54,228 nt of DNA from a virus, in IMG/VR virus record IMGVR_UViG_3300045988_069299, positions 1 to 54,228 of that record; one strand, written 5' to 3'. Positions 33,044-40,413 of the stretch are shown here, piece by piece; the first letter of the stretch is position 1, and every line of letters starts with the position of its first letter. The position numbers and the translations under genes are program-made. Under the pieces are notes generated by a model. The model was given only the letters and a program-made list of their open reading frames with translations, was not told the DNA's origin and made no database searches.

Positions 33044-33123
33044 TTTATTTTATCTAACCTTTATTTTATCTAATCTTCTTTTATTTAATCTGCGTCTACA
33101 AAATGTCTACAATTTGTCTACAA
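33044..33123. repeat. two families of phased short direct repeats
   Basis: TTTATTTTATCTAA at 33044 and 33060. GTCTACAA at 33094, 33105 and 33116 (11-bp phasing). Confidence 0.85.
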
Positions 33124-33159
33124 AATTTAGCACGTTAAAATATCGCAGTGAAAATAGAT

Positions 33160-33186
33160 CAAGAAAAGCAGGCTGTTACACCTGCT
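33160..33186 (-). terminator. rho-independent terminator after gene 33197-33499
   Basis: Minus strand AGCAGG-TGTAACAG-CCTGCT followed by TTTTCTT. Confidence 0.65.
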
Positions 33187-33196
33187 TAATTCTTGT

Positions 33197-33499
33197 TTAT
33201 GCTGTTGCTCTTTCTGTTCTTCTGATCCGTTCCGCTCTCGCTGTGATCCGGTCAATTAGTGCCCTGTCACCGTATGCGGTTTTGCTGGCCAATAACTCCG
33301 GGTCTGTCATGTTCTCCAGTGCTTGGAGCGTTTCCGCTTGCACCGTCTCCAGTGCCTGGAGTTCTGCCAGGTTAAATTCTTTCAGCCGTTCGGATTCCGT
33401 TGTTTCCAGTTGATCCCGGTAGTACCGGAAGAACTGCCGGACGTTTGAGCGGATCCGGGCGGCTTTCTTTGCTGTGATCTGCTCCGGTGTTCCTGTCAT
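33197..33499 (-). CDS. hypothetical helical protein (100 aa)
   Basis: Complete ORF with higher GC than its surroundings, followed by a terminator. Confidence 0.6.
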   Translation of the reverse strand: MTGTPEQITAKKAARIRSNVRQFFRYYRDQLETTESERLKEFNLAELQALETVQAETLQALENMTDPELLASKTAYGDRALIDRITARAERIRRTERATA

Positions 33500-33573
33500 T
33501 TCGTTCGCTCCTTTCGTTTTTTTGTATCTTGATTATATATCATGCTATATAACATGTCAATAGATTATTGCAA

Positions 33574-33972
33574 TTATTTATTGATATTTTTTAAAAATTC
33601 CTCAGCGTCTACAACTTGCGGTTGCTCCGATGCTTTCCGTTCTGCTCTCCTCTGCTCCTGGAGCTGATGCAATCTTTCATTTGCTTGCATCAATGCAACC
33701 TTTTCTTCTACCTCTGTACGCTCTGTATTTTCCTTTTCTGCGGTCTTTCCCGGCTCTTGTGGTAAATTCTCCGCTTGGCTCTCCAAAGTGTCTAAATAAG
33801 CCAATACAGCCGTATTTATTACACCATTTGCGGTAAGTCCTAGATCTGCAATGCGCTCTTTCGTCCCTTTTGGTAACCTGCAAGAGATTATATCCCAATT
33901 TTCTTTTGCTTTTTCGTTCTGCCGTCTTGCTCTCTCTCTTGCGTTTGCTGCTATTTGTTCCGGTGTTTTCAT
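33574..33972 (-). CDS. ribbon-helix-helix (CopG/Arc-like) DNA-binding protein
   Basis: ATG at 33972 behind AGGAGGG. ISCRLPKGTKERIADLGLTANGVINTAVLAYLD is an RHH-type strand-helix-helix. Charged C-terminal tail. Confidence 0.6.
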   Translation of the reverse strand: MKTPEQIAANARERARRQNEKAKENWDIISCRLPKGTKERIADLGLTANGVINTAVLAYLDTLESQAENLPQEPGKTAEKENTERTEVEEKVALMQANERLHQLQEQRRAERKASEQPQVVDAEEFLKNINK

Positions 33973-33994
33973 TTTTGCCCTCCTATAATATTGT

Positions 33995-34130
33995 GTATTG
34001 CAATTTATAACCTCAATATTTGCTTGCAATTATTGTATCATTATAATTGCAATATTGCAACAATTAACCTTGATATTATTATTGCAATAATTATTTTAAT
34101 TTTTATGCAATTATGTATTGCAATTTATAA
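33995..34130. promoter_or_regulatory. cluster of TTGCAAT palindromic motifs (candidate operators or iterons)
   Basis: TTGCAAT/TTGCAAC at 33998, 34024, 34047, 34055, 34082 and 34118, plus one at 33568. The 16-mer GTATTGCAATTTATAA occurs at 33995 and 34115. Confidence 0.6.
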
Positions 34131-34154
34131 TTTTATATGATATAGTTATCTCAA

Positions 34155-34196
34155 CAAATAAATAAAGCCGGTGACACCTACCAAGCGAACACCGGC
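34155..34196 (-). terminator. candidate minus-strand terminator
   Basis: GCCGGTG (34167-34173) pairs with CACCGGC (34190-34196). On the minus strand it is followed by TTTATTTATTTGTTG. Confidence 0.4.
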
Positions 34197-34224
34197 ACCT
34201 AAAAAATAAAGTGAGGTACCAAGT

Positions 34225-34482
34225 ATGCAGAATATAACATTTAATGATTGTCCTTGGGCGGTAGCTTACAAGATCGACAAGAGCACACAGGACGACAGAA
34301 AAACAAAGGTAATTATTACCGCTACTTTCTCCCATCCAGACAACGCAGAAGATTTTATAAATAACTGCTTGCCAAAGAACACAAATGATAGATTTTTTAT
34401 AATTCGGCTGGCAGATCTTGAAAACTGCGAGGATGCCGACAGAATCCAGAAAGTTTCTGAATTCTATGCAAAAATTATTTAA
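34225..34482 (+). CDS. hypothetical protein (85 aa)
   Basis: AAGTGAGGTACCAAGT then ATG. First gene of the plus-strand island. Confidence 0.6.
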   Translation: MQNITFNDCPWAVAYKIDKSTQDDRKTKVIITATFSHPDNAEDFINNCLPKNTNDRFFIIRLADLENCEDADRIQKVSEFYAKII

Positions 34483-34560
34483 GCCGAAACGCTCCGATCT
34501 GGAGCGTCAGCCGCGGGATGGTCTCCCGGCTCTGATGATGGCAGACCAGAAAGGGAAAAT

Positions 34561-34878
34561 ATGAGAACGTACGAACAGGATTTAAAAGAGCTTAATATTT
34601 CAGAGGACGAATTTAATAACATAATTTCGCACATTTACGATAAAACAGCCGATGAAATGGCGGTACTCGCTAAGGCGATTAAAAGCGGCGCGGCTGTTCT
34701 CCCGACTGTAAAAAAAGCATTTGAGCGCGTTCTTGCAATTAGACAGGCGGAAAGACAAGAAGCATATAACATTTATTATAACGATTTAAATACCATGTGT
34801 TATAGCTGTAAAAAATGCGGTATAAGTTGTAACGGTACAGTTTGTAAAACTTGGACGGGTTGCGCAATGAAAAATTAA
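34561..34878 (+). CDS. hypothetical protein with Cys-rich C-terminus (105 aa)
   Basis: CYSCKKCGISCNGTVCKTWTGC. Confidence 0.6.
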   Translation: MRTYEQDLKELNISEDEFNNIISHIYDKTADEMAVLAKAIKSGAAVLPTVKKAFERVLAIRQAERQEAYNIYYNDLNTMCYSCKKCGISCNGTVCKTWTGCAMKN

Positions 34879-34967
34879 GTCGAAACGGCGGAATCTGCCG
34901 CGGTCTGCGGGAACTGCCCTACCTGCACCGATGAGACAGGGCGCATGATGAAAGGATGGTTGATAAT

Positions 34968-35222
34968 ATGAGAAAAGAAACAATACAGGAAAAAGAAATA
35001 AGAATTTTTAATCTTTACAAAAAAGACCTTGAAAAACTCGGGGACGATAACGGGTATATAAGAATGAACGTTATAGAATACGTTTGTAGCTTTCCAAAAA
35101 TTAATCCTTACAAGATGGCAAAATCATTAAAAAATAGCGGTTACAATGTTGTTTTTGATGATTCCAGTATAACAAGGGAAGAAAACGAAAAGAAAAGACG
35201 AAAAGTTGAAAAAATAGCGTAA
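34968..35222 (+). CDS. hypothetical protein (84 aa)
   Basis: Second in-frame ATG chosen for RBS spacing. The start is uncertain (track ORF begins at 34956). Confidence 0.55.
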   Translation: MRKETIQEKEIRIFNLYKKDLEKLGDDNGYIRMNVIEYVCSFPKINPYKMAKSLKNSGYNVVFDDSSITREENEKKRRKVEKIA

Positions 35223-35225
35223 TTA

Positions 35226-35272
35226 AGCAAGTAAGACAGGCTTACACCGGGGTTCGATTCCCCGGCTTGCTT
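35226..35272 (+). other. tRNA-like acceptor/T-arm minihelix (47 nt), also usable as a terminator hairpin
   Basis: AGCAAGT-(15 nt)-CGGGG-TTCGATT-CCCCG-GCTTGCT-T. Perfect T arm and a 7-bp acceptor stem, with no D or anticodon arms. Followed by TTTT. Confidence 0.5.
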
Positions 35273-35316
35273 TTACCCGGAAACGGGAAAAATTGAAAAT
35301 ATGGAGGTATTACGCC

Positions 35317-35454
35317 ATGAGCGAAAACGAACGCAGAAAAGAAGAACTAATAAGACGACTGGACAACCTCGAAGCCTGCAAAGATAACCCGGTATACCTT
35401 GCAGAGATCAAGAAAATACGCAAAGAGCTTGCAGATATAAACTGCGAACAATAG
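35317..35454 (+). CDS. small helical protein (45 aa), not in ORF track
   Basis: GGAGGTATTACGCC then ATG. MSENERRKEELIRRLDNLEACKDNPVYLAEIKKIRKELADINCEQ. Confidence 0.5.
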   Translation: MSENERRKEELIRRLDNLEACKDNPVYLAEIKKIRKELADINCEQ

Positions 35455-35470
35455 CCGCCGCAGAGGATGC

Positions 35471-35499
35471 CCGCCGGATCACTACCGGCGGCGGTTTTA
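35471..35499 (+). terminator. rho-independent terminator
   Basis: CCGCCGG-ATCACTA-CCGGCGG, then CGG and TTTTAT. Confidence 0.65.
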
Positions 35500-35544
35500 T
35501 GGGTGAAATTTACCCAAAAATAAAAAAAAGGAGGTTACCATAGG

Positions 35545-35661
35545 ATGGAAGAAAAGAACATTGAAAGACTATACAAGCTGTTAGAGTGTGCGGAGCGAGA
35601 GAAAGACACGGAGACAGCCGCAGTTTTGCGATGGGCAATTTTTGAACTGGAAAACAGATAA
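35545..35661 (+). CDS. small protein (38 aa), not in ORF track
   Basis: AAAGGAGGTTACCATAGG then ATG. MEEKNIERLYKLLECAEREKDTETAAVLRWAIFELENR. Confidence 0.5.
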   Translation: MEEKNIERLYKLLECAEREKDTETAAVLRWAIFELENR

Positions 35662-35686
35662 AAGACGGCTTGCAACCGTCTTTTTG
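35662..35686 (+). terminator. rho-independent terminator
   Basis: AAGACGG-CTTGCAA-CCGTCTT followed by TTTG. Confidence 0.7.
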
Positions 35687-35759
35687 TCGTGCTATGGGTA
35701 TATGCTGATCTGTTTTCGCTGCTCTTCTATGCTTTGGAAAGATTCCCAAACATATTGAC

Positions 35760-35789
35760 TTGACGGCTTGCGCTGTCTTGGTGTACAAT
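35760..35789 (+). promoter_or_regulatory. sigma70-type promoter candidate
   Basis: TTGACG (35760-35765), 18 nt, TACAAT (35784-35789). Lies 27 nt upstream of ATG 35816. Confidence 0.45.
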
Positions 35790-35815
35790 CAAATATTACA
35801 AGGGGATTATACAAA

Positions 35816-36010
35816 ATGCGAAAAGTGGGAATCGGTCATGTATATGACATTATGGAAAGCGTAGCGGATGCCGGGGAACGGCTGGAAACCGTCATAAAGG
35901 TTGAGAGTGCCGCCGGTGGTCTGTCTGCGGAATCTGCGGAGCTGTTGCGGTCTGCGTATGATTCCATGCTTTCTGCAGTCGGAGACCTTGCGAAAGCTGC
36001 GACACGGTGA
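35816..36010 (+). CDS. hypothetical Ala-rich helical protein (64 aa)
   Basis: AAGGGGATTATACAAA then ATG. Confidence 0.5.
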   Translation: MRKVGIGHVYDIMESVADAGERLETVIKVESAAGGLSAESAELLRSAYDSMLSAVGDLAKAATR

Positions 36011-36337
36011 CAGGTCCAGGACTCGCATTGCAGAAGTGTACAGATGTTCCACGCCTTGAATCGGTCTGAAAAAATCTGCGAAAAAACTCTGAAAACGGAT
36101 TTTTCAGCTTGAAAAGTGCTACCCAGGGGGGATTAAAAATTTTTGCATTATATTTTGACGAAAAATTTTTCTTTCAAAAACCTATGAAAACGAGATTTTC
36201 GGTTGAAAATGCAGACCTACGGGGGTATCAAAAGAAACACATTAAAATTTTTTCAATACTTCGCATCTATTTATCGACAGAATATCACAAATGTGTTAAA
36301 ATTTTATAAAATTCAAAATGAAAGGGGTAATTACTCT

Positions 36338-36463
36338 ATGAAACAAAGTGGTTTAGGAATTGCTTCGATGATTTTAGGAATCATCAGTATTTTGACAGCT
36401 TGTATAGCTTTCGGAATTGTGCCGGGAATTAATTCACAACAACAATGGAAAGCGAATTACTGA
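36338..36463 (+). CDS. small membrane protein (41 aa)
   Basis: AAAGGGGTAATTACTCT then ATG. GLGIASMILGIISILTACIAFGIV is a hydrophobic core. May be a truncated remnant. Confidence 0.4.
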   Translation: MKQSGLGIASMILGIISILTACIAFGIVPGINSQQQWKANY

Positions 36464-36564
36464 AAAAGATTAAAATTCAAGCAATCAAAGAACACCTTCC
36501 TGTATCAGCAATACTGGAAAGACTTATTAAAGAATACTTGTCAAGCCTGCCTAATAACGATTAA
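36445..36564 (+). CDS. possible RHH-like fragment (39 aa)
   Basis: MESELLKKIKIQAIKEHLPVSAILERLIKEYLSSLPNND resembles the strand-helix-helix of CopG/antitoxin proteins but lacks an N-terminal part. Overlaps neighbours on both sides. Confidence 0.25.
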   Translation: MESELLKKIKIQAIKEHLPVSAILERLIKEYLSSLPNND

Positions 36565-36963
36565 ATTAGAGTTCTGAACCTCTACTGCCTGACTTGATGT
36601 ATTCATTACCGAAACTGTTGAACAACAGCATCTTGGAACGTCAATATATGCTTGTGAACTAACATTCTGTAAATTCTCTGCAGCTGCCGGAGTTACAATC
36701 ATTCTTGTGGACTGTAAAGGTTCCCCGTCTACCGCCAGTGCAAGGGAAATTTCCTCAACAGTTCCACCAGTGGGAATCTGAATGTTGCCGGAATAACTTA
36801 CAAGGAATCTTGCACGACACTGATTAGTGATACCTCTTAACTTCACAATTCCGGATCCCTCTCTATGATTGATACAGTTACTTCCATTTACGGCAGTTTC
36901 GGTAAAAGCAACGTCTGCTCCTGCTGCCACAGTCTGTAATGCTACTGCTGTATATTCAGCCAT
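36541..36963 (-). CDS. BclA-C-terminal / C1q-like beta-sandwich protein (140 aa)
   Basis: Alternating beta pattern VAAGADVAFTETAVNGS.I.H..GSGIVKL...G.Y.V.. resembles exosporium BclA C-terminal domains. Contains a CCC triplet. Confidence 0.5.
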   Translation of the reverse strand: MAEYTAVALQTVAAGADVAFTETAVNGSNCINHREGSGIVKLRGITNQCRARFLVSYSGNIQIPTGGTVEEISLALAVDGEPLQSTRMIVTPAAAENLQNVSSQAYIDVPRCCCSTVSVMNTSSQAVEVQNSNLIVIRQA

Positions 36964-37075
36964 AATAAAACCTCTCTTTCAAAATCAAAGGGGCAAACCA
37001 TATAGTCTGCCCCATGTTGTCAGTAATTCTGCATAGCAGACATAACCTTAAGGTTAAGTTACTCGATATGCAGTT

Positions 37076-37858
37076 TTAGCATCCGCAACCAGTGTTGCAA
37101 CCACATCCGCATCCGTAATATACATTAGGGTTGGGAACCTGGTATGCCGGGATGGGCGCAGGATTCACAGCGTTGATGATCTGCTGTGTCTGTGCACTCA
37201 TGGCAGTAGTCAGAAGAGCATTCTGACGATCCTGAGAAGCGGCTCTGCGCAGATCGTTGTTCTCTGCCTGCAGAGTAGCGATCTTATCCTGACATAAGTA
37301 GTCAAGGATTGCTCTTGTACCGGCGTTCTGGCTGTCGATAATATCACGAGTGTTGTTATTCATGGTGTTCTGCAATGCGCAAGTATTCGTTGCCATATTG
37401 TAGTTTACACCCTGGATAGCTTCACGGGTATCGCAGCAGCACTGTGCTAACTGTGCCTGTAAAGCGTTAGCATTCTGCATTCCTGCTACGGTGTCTGCAT
37501 TGATAGCCTGTTGGATGCCATAGCCAGTCTGTAAAATGTTGGTATTTACGCCATTAAATCCGGTAAGCATACCATTGTTTACAGCGTAGAATCCGTCACA
37601 CAGACCGTTGTTGATTCCGTCCAGTTTACCGATGATAGACTGGGTGTCGAACCCTCTTTGCAGTGCAGAATCGGTATAGTAACTGGAATTAGAGCCATTA
37701 CCGCCCCATCCATTACCGCCCCAACCTCCAAAAATCGCAAAAATTACGACTATGAACCAGAGCCATCCACCGTCACCAAATGCACCATTATTTCCGTAGC
37801 CATTTCCGGCAGCCGGAATAACAGGCATGGTAAAAGGACTGTTGTTTGTTTCAAACAT
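37076..37858 (-). CDS. membrane-anchored Gly/Asn/Gln-rich protein with CCC motif and C-terminal (GC)n tail
   Basis: GGWLWFIVVIFAIFGGWGGNGWGGNG (TM plus GW repeats), LAQCCCDTREA, and a C-terminus YYGCGCGCNTGCGC. No family recognised. Confidence 0.65.
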   Translation of the reverse strand: MFETNNSPFTMPVIPAAGNGYGNNGAFGDGGWLWFIVVIFAIFGGWGGNGWGGNGSNSSYYTDSALQRGFDTQSIIGKLDGINNGLCDGFYAVNNGMLTGFNGVNTNILQTGYGIQQAINADTVAGMQNANALQAQLAQCCCDTREAIQGVNYNMATNTCALQNTMNNNTRDIIDSQNAGTRAILDYLCQDKIATLQAENNDLRRAASQDRQNALLTTAMSAQTQQIINAVNPAPIPAYQVPNPNVYYGCGCGCNTGCGC

Positions 37859-37929
37859 ATTAGATTACCTCCATAATTTTATTCATAAAGAGGTCTCCCG
37901 GGTTTTGTGCACAAACCTCTAATATGCTG

Positions 37930-38142
37930 TTAAAAAGGAAACTGACTTTTTATCTGTCTTATTACATCATCAGGATTTATACCTTTCGTTTTGCAGATGT
38001 TTCTCGCAAGATTTTCTACTCCTTGGAAATCACCTTTTTGAGCCATCCCATAAGCGTTTTTTACCATGTCGTTAGACATGATCTGGCTGTTCCCCATCAT
38101 ATTTTGTATAAACTGTTGCGGATTCCCCATTGACTTAAGCAT
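37930..38142 (-). CDS. hypothetical Met/Asn/Gln-rich small protein (70 aa)
   Basis: Complete ORF overlapping the upstream gene by 8 nt. Confidence 0.55.
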   Translation of the reverse strand: MLKSMGNPQQFIQNMMGNSQIMSNDMVKNAYGMAQKGDFQGVENLARNICKTKGINPDDVIRQIKSQFPF

Positions 38143-38614
38143 CTACATCATCCTTTCTTTGCGATTGTGGAGTTTTCCTTTGCGTTTGCGAAGTTTTCAA
38201 CTGTTCAATCTTTTGTTCCAGTTCATCGAAACGCTTCATAAATACCGCTGTGGCTTCGTCTGATAGGTCAAATTTCGCCTTTTCTGTGTCTGGCGGTAAA
38301 TTGTTAGGGTCTGCATCTAAAACAGGCTTGTAAAGCCTTGTATAGATTTTTCCATCTGCTCCCCAGGATTTAGCATAGATCTCCGACAGGTCCTGTTTTG
38401 GGAAAAATGCTGTGTTTCCATCCATAGGAACCTCATTCGGTGCTATGCACTCTTGCGCCGGTACAATACGACCGTACATCTGTACTGTGTTTTGCTGTGG
38501 CTGTTGCATAAATTGCTGTGGTTGGAATTGCTCCTGTTGTGGCATAAACTGTCCGTACATAGGTGTTCTATACTGCGGATTGAAATAGTTCGGATTCATA
38601 ATCGGCTGCGGCAT
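38135..38614 (-). CDS. protein with Gln/Pro/Met/Phe-rich low-complexity N-terminus (159 aa)
   Basis: MPQPIMNPNYFNPQYRTPMYGQFMPQQEQFQPQQFMQQPQQ..., then a globular part and a charged tail. Confidence 0.6.
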   Translation of the reverse strand: MPQPIMNPNYFNPQYRTPMYGQFMPQQEQFQPQQFMQQPQQNTVQMYGRIVPAQECIAPNEVPMDGNTAFFPKQDLSEIYAKSWGADGKIYTRLYKPVLDADPNNLPPDTEKAKFDLSDEATAVFMKRFDELEQKIEQLKTSQTQRKTPQSQRKDDVDA

Positions 38615-38667
38615 GGCTATTCTCCCTTTCTTCCATTGATTCTATCTGTTTCGCAATTTCAACTTCA

Positions 38668-38856
38668 TCAAGTGTCTGATATGTCGGCTTGTTCATAAGT
38701 CCCAACGGACTGAAATTCATAAGCATTACCCGTTTCTCCTAAAACTTCCTCGATCACATGAACCATGATTGATTGATACTTAATCGGCACTTCCCTTGTA
38801 CGTTCTTTGCTGAATATATGTTCCAGTGTTTCATCTGAAAATTTGAATTTTCCCAT
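38668..38856 (-). CDS. hypothetical protein (62 aa)
   Basis: First ORF after the attP-like region. RBS AAGGAGGGATGACCTT then ATG. Confidence 0.55.
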   Translation of the reverse strand: MGKFKFSDETLEHIFSKERTREVPIKYQSIMVHVIEEVLGETGNAYEFQSVGTYEQADISDT

Positions 38857-39208
38857 AAGGTCATCCCTCCTTATGATTAAATTTTTGCATAAAAAAAAGA
38901 GAGTGAAAATATCATTTTCCTCTCGTTAAAATATCATTTGCATAAGGCTTTTCTATGTACCAATTATGTACCAATTTTTATTAAATTATAAAGAATTATG
39001 TTAAATTACGTTAAAGAATAAAATGTCGAAAACACTGATAAACACTGCATTTGTAAGGTTTTGTAAGATTATAAGAAAATACGTGAAATATGGTAAAATA
39101 TAACGATACCTAATTTCATATTTTTTCATCACCTCTTAAATGCCTTGATTTTACGGCATTTCTTTCTTTAAAATTTGTATTTATGTACCAATTATGTACC
39201 ACTTTAGA
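38857..39208. other. attP-like AT-rich region with candidate integrase arm-type repeats
   Basis: The 19-nt ATGTACCAATTATGTACCA occurs at 38955-38973 and 39183-39201. AAAATATCATTT x2, AAACACTG x2, and inverted repeat AATGCC...GGCATT at 39139-39160. Directly downstream of int. Confidence 0.6.
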
Positions 39209-40339
39209 TCAAATTACTTTCAAAGCATCTGCAACCATACTTATTTCTTTCTGCTTCTGGTCGTCTGTCGTGTGCACATAAAGATTCATTGTTATGCCTA
39301 TATTTGAGTGTCCCAAAAGTGTCTGTAATGTTTTTGGCATCATTCCTGCTTCAATACATCTCGTTGCAAAAGTATGTCTTAATATGTGCATTGCAATTTT
39401 TCGTATACCTGCTTTTTCACATACTTTAAAAAGCATCGTGTCGTATGTGCTATTTTTAACTGGCGTACCTTTTCTACAAACGAATACGGCATCTTTCCAC
39501 TCCAAAGATATAAAAGGTAATGACTGATTTTTCTTCTTCTGTAATTTCAACAATCGAATTGCTTCATCTGTCAATGGAATAGTACGATACCCAGATTTAC
39601 TTTTCGGGTCTCCTTTTCTCCACTCTTTAGTAGAATGTCGGTACTCCATAGTTTTAGAAATAGTCATTGTTTTTTTGCAAAAATCAATATCTTTCCATTC
39701 CAACCCAACCATTTCACCTGTTCTTAATCCTGTTTGTAATATAAAGAGATATTGATATTCATAAGGGCAACCAACTATTTCATGGCAGAATTTCTTTTGC
39801 TCTTCAATAGTAAGTGCTTCTTTCTTTTCCGACGGTTTTCCTATGTCGTACTTTACCATTTTAGTACATGGGTTTTTAGTAATTATGTCATTTTGATAGG
39901 CATAATCAAGCATATTATAAAGTGCTATCCTTGCTTGATATATTGTAGTGGTCTTATAACCGTAATCTGACATATTGTTCATAATTTGTTGACAATGCAT
40001 TGTATTTACTTCTTTCAGCAACTTATGTCCTATAACAGGAGCAATGTTTTTAATATATCTTTCTCTGTAATTTCTTACCGTATTTTGTCTTACTGTTTTC
40101 TCTTTTATAGAAATCCAGTATTCGTACCATGCGTTTACAATTATGTCTTGTGGAAAGTCAATATTGCTATGCGCATCTGAATACTGGTTATCTGCAAGCC
40201 ACTTTTGACAATCTTTTACCTTTAAAAATAATTTTTGAATACGCTTTCCATTTTTTGAAGTGTATCTTCCCACATAATATCCGTCTTTTCTTTGACTTAT
40301 TCCTTGTCCCAATTCCTTTCCTTTTAGGTCTTTCCCCAA
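39209..40339 (-). CDS. int: tyrosine integrase (Tn916/phage type with N-terminal arm-binding domain)
   Basis: C-terminal HILRHTFATRCIEAG...LLGHSNIGITMNLYVH (R..H.LRH...Y catalytic pattern). N-terminal ISQRKDGYYVGRY. Likely TTG start at 40339 behind GGAAAGGAG (track ORF extends to 40381, also a TTG). Confidence 0.9.
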   Translation of the reverse strand: MGKDLKGKELGQGISQRKDGYYVGRYTSKNGKRIQKLFLKVKDCQKWLADNQYSDAHSNIDFPQDIIVNAWYEYWISIKEKTVRQNTVRNYRERYIKNIAPVIGHKLLKEVNTMHCQQIMNNMSDYGYKTTTIYQARIALYNMLDYAYQNDIITKNPCTKMVKYDIGKPSEKKEALTIEEQKKFCHEIVGCPYEYQYLFILQTGLRTGEMVGLEWKDIDFCKKTMTISKTMEYRHSTKEWRKGDPKSKSGYRTIPLTDEAIRLLKLQKKKNQSLPFISLEWKDAVFVCRKGTPVKNSTYDTMLFKVCEKAGIRKIAMHILRHTFATRCIEAGMMPKTLQTLLGHSNIGITMNLYVHTTDDQKQKEISMVADALKVI

Positions 40340-40413
40340 AACTTTACACTCCTTTCCAATTATGAGAAAAGCCTTATGCAATCTGATATTTTATCACATA
40401 AGGCTTTAATTGT

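Noticed and set aside
33021-33413. 130-aa plus-strand ORF
   Set aside because: It starts in the AT-rich repeat region (poly-Leu/Phe translation) and overlaps the better-supported minus-strand gene 33197-33499 and its terminator.
35226-35272. Interpreting the tRNA-like minihelix as the current attP core
   Set aside because: It is about 3.6 kb from the integrase and its arm-type repeats and is embedded in a separately oriented gene island. It is kept only as a possible relic or terminator.
35510-35788. 92-aa minus-strand ORF in the plus-strand island
   Set aside because: It crosses a plus-strand small gene, its terminator and a promoter candidate. The plus-strand features have RBS and terminator support and this ORF has none.
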